Made by a program: the position numbers and the translations under genes. Positions 36,076 through 44,399 of a DNA stretch of 64,000 nucleotides are shown one piece after another. Under the pieces are notes generated by a model, which saw only the letters and a list, made by a program, of their open reading frames with translations, did not search any database and was not told the origin of the DNA. How positions within the stretch are numbered: position 1 is the stretch's first letter; each line of letters opens with the position of its first letter. The stretch comes from a virus (Duplodnaviria > Caudoviricetes): the IMG/VR virus record IMGVR_UViG_2706795240_000001, positions 1 through 64,000 of that record, one strand, 5' to 3'.

Positions 36076-36415
36076 CGCAGCAGATGACGTGAATACCCAG
36101 TTCATGGGCGACAAAGATAAGAATGGAAAATGGGGCTGGACCGGGCTTGCGCCGCAGCCAGACAATAACGATGTTCGGTATTCGCAGTTTGTCAAGAAGG
36201 TTGTGGATCGACAGACTGTTGTCGAGGCTCTGGGAACTCTGGTTTTCGAGGCCACTTACCGCATTAAGGCCGTGACCGATGTAGCGGAGGCTAAAAAGCG
36301 CGCAGTCGATGCCAAGCGCGGCGAGACCGTTCTAGGTCACGCGGCAGTCGCTTCCGGACTCGCGATCACAAATAACGAACTGCTTAAGCAGATTCTCGCG
36401 GAGGTGAAGAAGTAA
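36068..36415 (+). CDS. Stand-alone putative endolysin cell-wall-binding/oligomerisation protein (115 aa)
   Basis: Start 36068 after AAGGA. QFMG...WGWTGL...TVVEAL...ETVLGHA resembles C-terminal helical domains of actinophage lysins (recalled, not searched). Confidence 0.6.
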   Translation: MPSAADDVNTQFMGDKDKNGKWGWTGLAPQPDNNDVRYSQFVKKVVDRQTVVEALGTLVFEATYRIKAVTDVAEAKKRAVDAKRGETVLGHAAVASGLAITNNELLKQILAEVKK

Positions 36416-36849
36416 TGACTTACGATCCCGCAGATGATCCGCGAATTCCCGACCTGTCCGATGACGCGGTAGTCGGACCGAACCTCTTTAACATTCGCAC
36501 CTGGCGAGATGTTATTGCCATGGTGTACGTCATTGTCCCGCTGGCGTCGGCTTCGCTGGTCGGCTACGGCGTTTTCAGTGACCAAGAGTCTGCCGTTATT
36601 GTCGGTGCGGTTCTTGCCGTGCTCCAGGTGATTCTCCAGTTCACTCGTACCGAGAACGGTGTGCGTCGAGCCTTTTATACGGTTCTTCTTGCGGCCAATG
36701 CCGTACTGGTGTGGTACCGGGTTGTTGATGAAAACTTCCTCACCACCTGGTTGCCCCTGATTAACGCTCTCCTGATCGGTGTACCGGCTTCGGTTGCCGT
36801 CCAGAATGTTAATACTTCTGGCGACGACCTCCGAACCAGCTCTGCATAA
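36415..36849 (+). CDS. Holin
   Basis: 144 aa with about four hydrophobic helices, in the lysis cassette, TAATG-coupled. Confidence 0.8.
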   Translation: MTYDPADDPRIPDLSDDAVVGPNLFNIRTWRDVIAMVYVIVPLASASLVGYGVFSDQESAVIVGAVLAVLQVILQFTRTENGVRRAFYTVLLAANAVLVWYRVVDENFLTTWLPLINALLIGVPASVAVQNVNTSGDDLRTSSA

Positions 36850-36860
36850 ATAAGTAACCC

Positions 36861-36903
36861 AAAAGGGCGTCGTACGGACATTTTACTCGTACGACGCCCT
36901 TTT
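36861..36903. terminator. Intrinsic terminator after holin (A/U-flanked)
   Basis: AAAAGGGCGTCGTACG, 11-nt loop, CGTACGACGCCCTTTT: perfect 16-bp stem including A/U tracts. Confidence 0.85.
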
Positions 36904-36943
36904 GCTAGGGTTTTCATTTAATATTCGGGACGGCGGTAGGAAA

Positions 36944-37429
36944 TTGAGTTACAAAGAAAACTTTGATAAAAAATGGAATAGAAGGAACTCTGGACTATTT
37001 GGGATTAAATACCATCTAGAACCAGATGAGCTTTCATCTAAATCCCAGTCACAAGATACCTTGATGCTGTATGCTACCTGGGGATTTTTGTACGGACTCT
37101 CGCTCATAGTTCAGCCAGACTCGGTGTGGACACTTGGGTACTATGATACCGCTAAATATGTGCCGTACTCTCCAGACTCCTGGGGCGTATTCGCCATAAT
37201 TGGTGGGCTTCTCATATTCATAGGAATGTTCAGCGGACGTGGAATATTTGCCGCAATTGGAGCTGGAGTTCTAGCAATATGGAACTTCTTTTTCGCGTTC
37301 AGTTTTGCGAGAGAGTTCATTAGCGGTTCTGAATACGGCTTTTCTCCAGTTATCACATACGGAATTCTGAGCCTCTGGGGGATAATTCTCGTGACGACGT
37401 ATGGAAAGAATAATGTCAATGCCGTATAA
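36944..37429 (+). CDS. Membrane protein (~4 TM)
   Basis: Hydrophobic helices. Start uncertain: TTG 36944 preferred over track start 36902, which lies inside the terminator. Confidence 0.7.
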   Translation: MSYKENFDKKWNRRNSGLFGIKYHLEPDELSSKSQSQDTLMLYATWGFLYGLSLIVQPDSVWTLGYYDTAKYVPYSPDSWGVFAIIGGLLIFIGMFSGRGIFAAIGAGVLAIWNFFFAFSFAREFISGSEYGFSPVITYGILSLWGIILVTTYGKNNVNAV

Positions 37430-37865
37430 ACAACTCCAGAGGGACGCACGAAATCCCTTTGAGTATGCAATCATCCTGTTTGCTGTGGTTATTTCTACCG
37501 CACAGCTCATATTGGACACATACCCTGGAGCTATCTATGAATTCACCAGTGATGGATATCGGTATGCATGGGGAGGGGCGCTATTTCTAGGCTCTATTTC
37601 CTCTGCCGCCGGAGTCACAATGAAAAGGCACTCGATGGGCGTGGGGCTTGAGTGCTGGGGAATGTATGTAATGGGGGGTGCCCTCGCGGTCTATGGTTTG
37701 TCTATTTTTCTGGTAGGCAATGCAACCGGAATGTTCGCGTCGGGATTCTTTTTCACATTCGCAGTTGCATGTATTGTTCGTGCGTTTATAATCCACCGTG
37801 GATTGCGACGCATAGCGAAGGGTCAATACGTTCGACTCAGGGAAGCAGAGAGAAATGAGAAATGA
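37413..37865 (+). CDS. Membrane protein (~4 TM)
   Basis: RDARNPFEYAIILF... with four hydrophobic segments. Confidence 0.75.
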   Translation: MSMPYKQLQRDARNPFEYAIILFAVVISTAQLILDTYPGAIYEFTSDGYRYAWGGALFLGSISSAAGVTMKRHSMGVGLECWGMYVMGGALAVYGLSIFLVGNATGMFASGFFFTFAVACIVRAFIIHRGLRRIAKGQYVRLREAERNEK

Positions 37866-38239
37866 ACCTAGACGAAGCTCAATTCTGGGTACAGCTTGCA
37901 GTCACTCTCCTGTCGACCGGTGGACTATTTGGCGGATATAAAATCTGGAGTGATCGCAAGAAAGCTGATGCAGAAGTAAACAAAGAGGATGCATCCGCAG
38001 CAGATATTATCCAAGGGTCAGCCGCTCGTGAAATTCAGCGAATTAACGAGACCATGGAAAAAATGCGCAAGGAGTCCCTGATACGCAAGCGCGCAGGAGC
38101 AAAGCTGTATTATCATCAGCGATCGCATGAACGCTGGGACCTTGAAATGATGACCAAGCTGCGAGAGCTTGGCATCAGCGTCGATGAACCTCCACGCATT
38201 CTCCTGAGTGTCGAGGAACTAGACGCCCTCGAAATTTAG
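37862..38239 (+). CDS. Single-TM protein with C-terminal coiled coil
   Basis: N-terminal LAVTLLSTGGLFGG then a charged helix. ATGA overlap. Confidence 0.75.
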   Translation: MNLDEAQFWVQLAVTLLSTGGLFGGYKIWSDRKKADAEVNKEDASAADIIQGSAAREIQRINETMEKMRKESLIRKRAGAKLYYHQRSHERWDLEMMTKLRELGISVDEPPRILLSVEELDALEI

Positions 38240-38248
38240 GATATTGTC

Positions 38249-38593
38249 ATGACAGCACCGTCAGTTTATCAGCCTATTCGATTGGTAAATATTCCGATAG
38301 ATAAAGGTGTAGGATTTTACTGGGACTTCAAGGATGACAGCATACCTGGTGACGCGCTAGTTATGATGAGGGTATCGTCCAGGATGAATTTCAAGGGCGA
38401 GAGAACGTATTCCATCTGGACGGCGCACAGAAATCCACTGACTAGATTTTGGGAATTTGATGTACCAGAAGAAGACGTTCTCGCCGCCGATGTAGTGCAA
38501 GGGTCCGTCTACCGGCTGTACCGACAGGACGACCGCACGGATAGCCGGACACGAAAGATAATCCCTCAAGCCGGGAGGCTGGTGTTTAGATGA
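38249..38593 (+). CDS. Hypothetical protein
   Basis: 114-aa ORF coupled to lysin B. Confidence 0.65.
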   Translation: MTAPSVYQPIRLVNIPIDKGVGFYWDFKDDSIPGDALVMMRVSSRMNFKGERTYSIWTAHRNPLTRFWEFDVPEEDVLAADVVQGSVYRLYRQDDRTDSRTRKIIPQAGRLVFR

Positions 38594-39348
38594 GTAAGCC
38601 ACTCGTTATTCTGTGCCGAGGAATCGGCGAGACGTATGGTCGCGGAATTCTTTGGAATCTAGCGCAATATCTTCCAGTGGAAGAATACGATATCATCGAA
38701 GCGAATTGGAAGGCCGAATATGGCCCGGTTCCGTCGATCGGTGGCTATTCGTTTGAAAAGTCACTAGAAGATGGTAAATCCCTTTTGTTAGACCTATGCC
38801 TGACTGAGCACCGAGACAGGGGGATTGTCCTGGTGGGCTACAGCGGCGGCGCTCAGCTCGCAGGCGACGTGCTGGCCGACCTGGCGGCTCGCGGCCACTC
38901 GAACGTGCTCGGCGGCGCACTGCTGTCTGATCCGAGTATGCCCAAGGGGATGCCGGGAACGGGCGGACGCTACGGAATTCGCGGTAGTCGGCAGATCAAA
39001 GAATCAATCCCGGTTCAGTGGTTTTACGAAATCGAGGACGTGATTGCGGTATGCACACCTGCGCCGGATTCGTTGCTGAGGGTTTTCGCAGATGCATCGG
39101 CAGAATTCTCGCTTGGAGGCCCCCGAGCATGGCAGGGGATAATTCCACGATTGCTGAGCAAAAAGCTACAGGCATACGTTCTACCGTGGTGGAACTTTCA
39201 GAAGTTTTTGAGACAATACAACGTCGCCAAATATGAAGCAGAGGGTTATCTGTTCCGTGGCGATCATACTAGCTATACTGTTCGTAAGAATTGGAATGGC
39301 AAAGCATACTTTGAGGATATGGCAGACTGGATTAAGAGTCTTGCTTAG
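38590..39348 (+). CDS. lysB: Lysin B (cutinase-like esterase)
   Basis: LCRGIGE, nucleophile elbow GYSGGA, LLSDP, EDVIA (Asp) and GDHTSY (His). Confidence 0.85.
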   Translation: MSKPLVILCRGIGETYGRGILWNLAQYLPVEEYDIIEANWKAEYGPVPSIGGYSFEKSLEDGKSLLLDLCLTEHRDRGIVLVGYSGGAQLAGDVLADLAARGHSNVLGGALLSDPSMPKGMPGTGGRYGIRGSRQIKESIPVQWFYEIEDVIAVCTPAPDSLLRVFADASAEFSLGGPRAWQGIIPRLLSKKLQAYVLPWWNFQKFLRQYNVAKYEAEGYLFRGDHTSYTVRKNWNGKAYFEDMADWIKSLA

Positions 39349-39353
39349 GGCAC

Positions 39354-39392
39354 AAAAATACCCGGCACCATGAATTGGTGCCGGGTATTTTT
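39354..39392. terminator. Bidirectional intrinsic terminator between convergent genome arms
   Basis: AAAAATACCCGGCACCA-TGAAT-TGGTGCCGGGTATTTTT: perfect 17-bp stem with U tracts on both strands. Confidence 0.92.
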
Positions 39393-39393
39393 T

Positions 39394-39591
39394 TTACTCC
39401 TTATCCACTTCCATCTGCGCTTCTCGGAGAACGATTGACAGGCTGAGGGCCTTGCTTGGGTCTAGCGCCGCGATACCGCCTTCCCCGCCGTCATCCTTTA
39501 CCTCCAGATAGATTTCCGAGTCCAGAATGCTTACGACAATATCGTCGCCGCAAACATCTGTAATGACTCGCCTAAACTCTGCCATTTTCAA
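39394..39591 (-). CDS. Hypothetical protein
   Basis: 65-aa ORF ending at the terminator. Confidence 0.6.
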   Translation of the reverse strand: MKMAEFRRVITDVCGDDIVVSILDSEIYLEVKDDGGEGGIAALDPSKALSLSIVLREAQMEVDKE

Positions 39592-39685
39592 TCATCCTTT
39601 CCAGCTTATCCATGCGCCTGCGGTCAAGATAGAAGTTAAATGCCGCCAGAATAATTGAAATATTCTGAATGGCATCGATTGTCAC
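39572..39685 (-). CDS. Small membrane protein (37 aa, not in ORF track)
   Basis: GTG start via GTGA overlap. (M)TIDAIQNISIILAAFNFYLDRRRMDKLERMIENGRV. Confidence 0.45.
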   Translation of the reverse strand: MTIDAIQNISIILAAFNFYLDRRRMDKLERMIENGRV

Positions 39686-39822
39686 GACTTCGCCTTTTCC
39701 GTGCTACATTCTAGTTCTTTTGTGGATTGATGTACCCACACGATTCGCAGTGTTCCGTCTGGTGCCATAATCGGGATTAGCTTATCCTTGCATCCTTTGC
39801 AAAGATTCTTGTGCTTGGACAT
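39682..39822 (-). CDS. Small Cys/His protein (46 aa, not in ORF track)
   Basis: MSKHKNLCKGCKDKLIPIMAPDGTLRIVWVHQSTKELECSTEKAKS. Fills the gap exactly. Confidence 0.55.
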   Translation of the reverse strand: MSKHKNLCKGCKDKLIPIMAPDGTLRIVWVHQSTKELECSTEKAKS

Positions 39823-39825
39823 GTA

Positions 39826-40110
39826 TTACTTCTTTCCTGGAATCGGGGGCGGAACCATCAGTGGCTTGGGTTGGATGTATTTCTTCTCTTGCGCTGGAGT
39901 AAGAGGCTCTTTGCTGTGTTCATGAGGCTCGGAACTCCTGGGTTCCATTGCGCGTGTGGCTTTGAATTTACGTGACTCTAGTTTCCAGCCAACCTCGACA
40001 TGCGCTGCCCAGTCGCCGAAACCAGTGCCCATGAATTCACATGAGCAAACGTGACCCGATTCGTCTGGAGTATGTTTCAGTAGATACTGGCTCAGCTTGG
40101 GCAATTCCAT
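39826..40110 (-). CDS. Hypothetical protein
   Basis: 94-aa ORF in a tightly packed operon. Confidence 0.6.
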   Translation of the reverse strand: MELPKLSQYLLKHTPDESGHVCSCEFMGTGFGDWAAHVEVGWKLESRKFKATRAMEPRSSEPHEHSKEPLTPAQEKKYIQPKPLMVPPPIPGKK

Positions 40111-40112
40111 GA

Positions 40113-40325
40113 CTAGACCTTTCCGAGCATCTTCATGATATACCAGATTGGCCTTCGTCTGGAGGTGGCATAGGTGATATTATCAAGGTCAAGGTCAACC
40201 AGATTGGGTATAGTGTTTCTCCATGTTGCACTGGCTCCGTTCGAGCGAAGAGTAAATTCTTCCGCACTGAATCGCATTGTTGAGCCATTATTGAACTTGA
40301 TCTTGACTCTGTACAGGCGCTTCAT
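40113..40325 (-). CDS. Hypothetical protein
   Basis: 70-aa ORF, coupled. Confidence 0.6.
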   Translation of the reverse strand: MKRLYRVKIKFNNGSTMRFSAEEFTLRSNGASATWRNTIPNLVDLDLDNITYATSRRRPIWYIMKMLGKV

Positions 40326-40837
40326 TAGCAGACCTTACCGTGCTTATATGGGCGCGTACCGTTGTATCGATTCTTGTTGATCAGCGACAAAATCTGCTCA
40401 CCGATCTTGGAAATATCGCCACCAACTGAATCTCCGATGCGGATAATAACGTCGGTGAACTCGGATGAAATACCCTCGGGCTTTAGGAGGTCTCCATCCG
40501 AATTGATCGAAACGTTAAACTGTTCGTCTGGATGATTCTTGTCGCGATACCAAATAAAAGGCTCGCCGTTGCGGTAGCTTTCCAGTGCCTCAGAAAGCTC
40601 CGAGTGCATGAGCGCAACCTCTTCCGGAAATCCTCGCTCGCTCTCGTGGAATCCCTTTTGCTCGGCCATGGTCCAGCTAGCGGCGAACAGAATGGTGAGC
40701 GCTGAGGCGATCTCAGCGGCCCCCTCATCGGTGAGGACGCCGGTAGCCGGGTCGTAACCCTGGTGGCCGTCGCGCGTGAGCGGAACCGGGTGATTATCGG
40801 TGCGGAAGAACTTTTCGGAAGCGGTGAGGTCAGTCAT
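40325..40837 (-). CDS. MazG-like nucleotide pyrophosphohydrolase
   Basis: EEVALMHSELSEALESYRNG...EGISSEFTDVIIRIGD. Start at ATG 40837 after GGAGA. Confidence 0.8.
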   Translation of the reverse strand: MTDLTASEKFFRTDNHPVPLTRDGHQGYDPATGVLTDEGAAEIASALTILFAASWTMAEQKGFHESERGFPEEVALMHSELSEALESYRNGEPFIWYRDKNHPDEQFNVSINSDGDLLKPEGISSEFTDVIIRIGDSVGGDISKIGEQILSLINKNRYNGTRPYKHGKVC

Positions 40838-41243
40838 TTTTTTCTCCATCTGAGGGGTTATTGGTGTGGAATTCTTGGATAGCGCACTTGAGATAGACCA
40901 ATGCGTCAGCCAATTCATCTAGTGCGTCCGCTAGCTGATTACGGTCATTAAAAGGCTGGAGTACAGTACCGTACTTTTCGAGACCGAAGTTCTTTCGATT
41001 TTCCATCACTCGCGTCGGACTCAGGTTTAGCATTTTTGCGACCCGAACATAGGTATCCAGAGTATTCAGATACATCATGTCTGGGCCGACATTTCTACTG
41101 CCGAAGGCTAGCCTCATGGCATTAAGATCGCGGATGACCATATCATGAGCCGACGGCAATTCATTTGGCTGCGGATTATTCTGAACCGTCAGGCCATGAT
41201 TATCGCGCATCTGGTTGTCAGAGCTGCTTACGGTATCGCTCAT
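40830..41243 (-). CDS. Second all-alpha NTP-pyrophosphatase-like protein
   Basis: FGLEKYGTVLQPFNDRNQLADALDELADALVYL. Start 41243 by ATGA overlap. Confidence 0.55.
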   Translation of the reverse strand: MSDTVSSSDNQMRDNHGLTVQNNPQPNELPSAHDMVIRDLNAMRLAFGSRNVGPDMMYLNTLDTYVRVAKMLNLSPTRVMENRKNFGLEKYGTVLQPFNDRNQLADALDELADALVYLKCAIQEFHTNNPSDGEKND

Positions 41244-41542
41244 CGACCGACCTCTCGGTATTCCGAATGATAAAGGTGCCACACGAAAGTGCCGGATTCA
41301 TTCATGATTGTTCCGATATATTCCTGCGCTGGCGGAATCTCGTGTCCGGTTCCTACGACATGGATATCGACTTCGTATTCAATACCCGCATCTAGTGCTC
41401 GCTTATCTACCTCGTACCAGATCGTTGGTCGGTTGTACTGAAATTTAACGTCCAGTATTGTACCGGCAAACCCAGGAAGTGCGACAGTCTGCCTGTCAAC
41501 AAGGTCGAGGGCTTTTTTGTGAATTGTCTTATTGAGCGGCAT
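41240..41542 (-). CDS. Hypothetical protein (common phage family)
   Basis: 100 aa; IWYEVD...VVGTGHEIP...YIGT...VWHLY pattern. Confidence 0.7.
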   Translation of the reverse strand: MPLNKTIHKKALDLVDRQTVALPGFAGTILDVKFQYNRPTIWYEVDKRALDAGIEYEVDIHVVGTGHEIPPAQEYIGTIMNESGTFVWHLYHSEYREVGR

Positions 41543-41789
41543 TATTGATCCTTTTCATATCTTCGACTGTGGCATACCCATTTGCGACGATTACGCCTTG
41601 GGCATATCCGAGCCAGCGACACGCCTTTTCTCGTTCAAGCTCATGCATACAGGAATCCGTCATTTCGTAATACATGTCCACGAGGTGCTCATGTGAAACG
41701 TCTGGATCATCAAACTCGCAGGCGTCCATTCCCTTCTCTTCGGACAGCTTAAGCGTTTCGCTGAACGCCTTAATAATGCTGAATGTCAT
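41529..41789 (-). CDS. Hypothetical protein
   Basis: 86 aa; EKACRWLGYAQGVIVANG pattern seen in phage hypotheticals. Confidence 0.7.
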   Translation of the reverse strand: MTFSIIKAFSETLKLSEEKGMDACEFDDPDVSHEHLVDMYYEMTDSCMHELEREKACRWLGYAQGVIVANGYATVEDMKRINNAAQ

Positions 41790-41793
41790 GATT

Positions 41794-42519
41794 TCATTCC
41801 TTAGGTGCGGCCTGGGAGAACTGATCGTCCCAGATTTCTCGAACTGCTGGTGCGAATACTTCGGGGAACTCGAACATAAGCTCCGAGTAGATCATTTCGG
41901 CGGCGCGGTACATTTCTGCATCCGCCGCAGGATGGTGGCGCTTGGAGACAAATTCCATCCACGAGCGTAGATTTCCGCTAACTACGATTCTGGTTTCCAG
42001 TGAGCCTGGAAGGTATGCACGAGCGGCCTCACGGGCTTTCTTGCCCTTGATCACCTTGTCAATCGAGAAGAATGAAAGTGCGGCTTTGTATCGATTCTTC
42101 GACTGCTTGAAAGTTTCTTCAAGATCAACGCCTCCAGCCGGGGGATTAATGTAACCCAGACCCGCCTCAAACGGATCGACGTATCGGCCAGACAATTCCG
42201 AGTACGAGAGGTGCCTGTGGCGAACCAGTTCATGCGTGAAATTCCTAGATACTCCGGTGATATAGAACGTGATCGAAACGTGCTCAATAACCGAGTAATG
42301 CTTCTGGCTAATGATGTTCCGAATGTAATCGTGCGTTTTCGCCGTCTTTGGATTGGTCTTCTTGAAAGACTGGTAACAAGCGCGACCAGCGAACTCAGCC
42401 ACGATAGCCGGACTGGGGTTGGGGTACCCGCTGCTCCCGCTATCCATGAACATTTCGATGTTCCCGATTCGCGGCCTAGTGGCACCAATTGTCACTACAC
42501 TAGGGGTAACTGGCTTCAT
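41794..42519 (-). CDS. thyX: FAD-dependent thymidylate synthase ThyX
   Basis: RHRHLSYSELSGRY (RHRX7SXR signature), HYSVIEH, EAARAYLP, SGNLRSW. Confidence 0.95.
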   Translation of the reverse strand: MKPVTPSVVTIGATRPRIGNIEMFMDSGSSGYPNPSPAIVAEFAGRACYQSFKKTNPKTAKTHDYIRNIISQKHYSVIEHVSITFYITGVSRNFTHELVRHRHLSYSELSGRYVDPFEAGLGYINPPAGGVDLEETFKQSKNRYKAALSFFSIDKVIKGKKAREAARAYLPGSLETRIVVSGNLRSWMEFVSKRHHPAADAEMYRAAEMIYSELMFEFPEVFAPAVREIWDDQFSQAAPKE

Positions 42520-42854
42520 TTGTCTTCTTTCTGTGCGTCCATGAACTCTGAAATAGAGTCATAGGTTTTTTGATACACCCTCGGAAAATTAATTGATTTT
42601 CCGTACTTTTTGTAGACCTTTACCAGCTTTCTGACTTTACGTTTTTGTTTTCTCGTGGAGTGGATACCCAGGGCCTCTTTCCATTCGGTCTGAAAAAGTG
42701 TATCCACAACGATCCACGGTTTACGGCAGTCGTCGCATATCCAAACCGTTCCTTCTGGATAAATTGGGGCGTCGTACCAGCCTCTGACCAACGGATATTC
42801 AGGCGGCGAGCAGCGATGCGGCTGTTCCTTTTTGATTATTCCGATTGCGGGCAT
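42516..42854 (-). CDS. Hypothetical protein
   Basis: 112 aa, HRCSPP...WICDDCRKPW. Confidence 0.65.
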   Translation of the reverse strand: MPAIGIIKKEQPHRCSPPEYPLVRGWYDAPIYPEGTVWICDDCRKPWIVVDTLFQTEWKEALGIHSTRKQKRKVRKLVKVYKKYGKSINFPRVYQKTYDSISEFMDAQKEDK

Positions 42855-42943
42855 TACTTGCTCTTTGCAAATCCGAGCGATGCAGCAAGAATCGTTGCCC
42901 AGGTCATGATAATGAGAATTTGAAATAGTGTAGTCCAGGTCAT
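42854..42943 (-). CDS. Membrane microprotein (29 aa, not in ORF track)
   Basis: MTWTTLFQILIIMTWATILAASLGFAKSK. ATGA overlap upstream and TAATG overlap downstream. Confidence 0.6.
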   Translation of the reverse strand: MTWTTLFQILIIMTWATILAASLGFAKSK

Positions 42944-43212
42944 TTTCTACCCTTTTCTTTTCTGTGATTGCTTACATAGTCGGCGGCGGCGCGCTTACAG
43001 GCTGCACATGCCTCTTCGCCTTTTCTGCGATGATTTTGATATCTAGCTCGCGTGCCATGGGGCGGAAGTGGCCTTATTGGTAAACTGATTTCTCCGGATC
43101 GATACTGTCGCATATACTCCCGATGAGCCGCGCGGCACGGTTCACACGGCACCAATCCTTCTCTGACTTCTCTTCCGTACCCCCTCAATGTTCCGTGCTC
43201 AATATCTTTCAC
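42940..43212 (-). CDS. Small zinc-binding repeat protein (putative DNA-binding)
   Basis: Two copies of HGT-x2-Y...C-x2-C-R/K (HGTLRGY..CEPCR; HGTRARY..CAACK). Confidence 0.7.
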   Translation of the reverse strand: MKDIEHGTLRGYGREVREGLVPCEPCRAAHREYMRQYRSGEISLPIRPLPPHGTRARYQNHRRKGEEACAACKRAAADYVSNHRKEKGRK

Positions 43213-44399
43213 TGGCCCTTCTGCTTAAACTTGAGCTTCGGGGAGTACTTTTTGTTGATCAAAGACTGAATCTGCCTCTTCTGGGAGTCGTCAATCTCGT
43301 CACCCTTTAGCAGTCCGTCCAGGTCGGCCATGTTGAACTTGCCAATTCTGGCGGCGATTTGGGGGCCTACAATCTTGGCGATTGCTGGCTGATTTGACAC
43401 GCCGCGCCGACCTTGCGCGGTTACGTCGACAGTGAAAACCTGACCATCGTCGTCGGTAGCAGTGATCTTGGTTACCTCGGTTTCGCGAGCATAGTTGCTG
43501 ATCACATCTTCGCAATGGCTCATAAGCGACTCAAGAGCTTCTTTCTTGCCCTTTAGCTGACCGTACATCAGCAGCGCCTCTTGCTCATTCATGATCGAAA
43601 GAATTCCGCCCTTGTCGACATGCTCTTTCAGCTTGGGGCAGGTCGATTGAATCGGGCAGAATCGGCAACCAACGCCGAGCTTGTATGGTGCCTTTTCTCG
43701 CGGCATGGCAACAATATTCTGAACGGTCTGCTTAAGTTCTCGCCAGGTCTGTTCGCATTCTGCACGAGTAATGTAGTGACCAACCAGTTCATTGTGTCGA
43801 AGAAGGTCGGCAACCACCCAAACGCCTTCCGGCTTGAGGTGCTTGAATTCGATCATCGCGCACATGGCGTAGATACGGAACTGCTTTTTGGTGGCAACAT
43901 CGTCCACGCTCCAGCGTTCAGCAACCGACTTGTAATCCACGACCCGAATTGCCCTCTCGCCGTCCGGACCCTCAATAAGATCACAACGGTCGAAGATATA
44001 GGTCAGAAGAATATCGTCAACCTGAGTTGGCGTTCGCGTCTTCTTCTCGGTAGAAATAATCTCAACATCAGAAAGGTCGGTGCGTTCCCACCAATTGACA
44101 GTGAGCTTGCGACTATCGGTGTACTCTTCCATGGAAGAATCGGCCACATGGAATTCATCAATAAAAGCCTGATGATGAAGGGCCAGAAGGTGATCCTTAT
44201 CGTTCCAGTCGTGAGTCTTGTTGATATACACGTCGACCACGAAGTTCTCGGCAACGGCGTGACATACGGTGCCAACGGCGGCGCGGGTCGACCCCTGGGG
44301 CTTGGGAATGTAATCGACGTATTCTGCCGCCCACTTCTGGGGACACTGGTCCCACACCAATAGCGAACTGGCGGAAACTGTTCCTGATGCCGGTTTCAT
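43209..44399 (-). CDS. Cas4-like / PD-(D/E)XK exonuclease
   Basis: QCP near the N-terminus, DRCD...VVDYKS...QFRIYA, and CRFCPIQSTC Fe-S cysteines. Confidence 0.85.
   Translation of the reverse strand: MKPASGTVSASSLLVWDQCPQKWAAEYVDYIPKPQGSTRAAVGTVCHAVAENFVVDVYINKTHDWNDKDHLLALHHQAFIDEFHVADSSMEEYTDSRKLTVNWWERTDLSDVEIISTEKKTRTPTQVDDILLTYIFDRCDLIEGPDGERAIRVVDYKSVAERWSVDDVATKKQFRIYAMCAMIEFKHLKPEGVWVVADLLRHNELVGHYITRAECEQTWRELKQTVQNIVAMPREKAPYKLGVGCRFCPIQSTCPKLKEHVDKGGILSIMNEQEALLMYGQLKGKKEALESLMSHCEDVISNYARETEVTKITATDDDGQVFTVDVTAQGRRGVSNQPAIAKIVGPQIAARIGKFNMADLDGLLKGDEIDDSQKRQIQSLINKKYSPKLKFKQKGQ

Noticed and set aside
43581-44363. 260-aa + strand ORF antisense to the Cas4-like gene
   Set aside because: Shadow ORF with no motif, in an arm otherwise entirely on the minus strand.
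43209-44399. Cas4-like gene as evidence of CRISPR
   Set aside because: No repeat-spacer array or other cas genes. Solo Cas4-like nucleases are common in actinophages.
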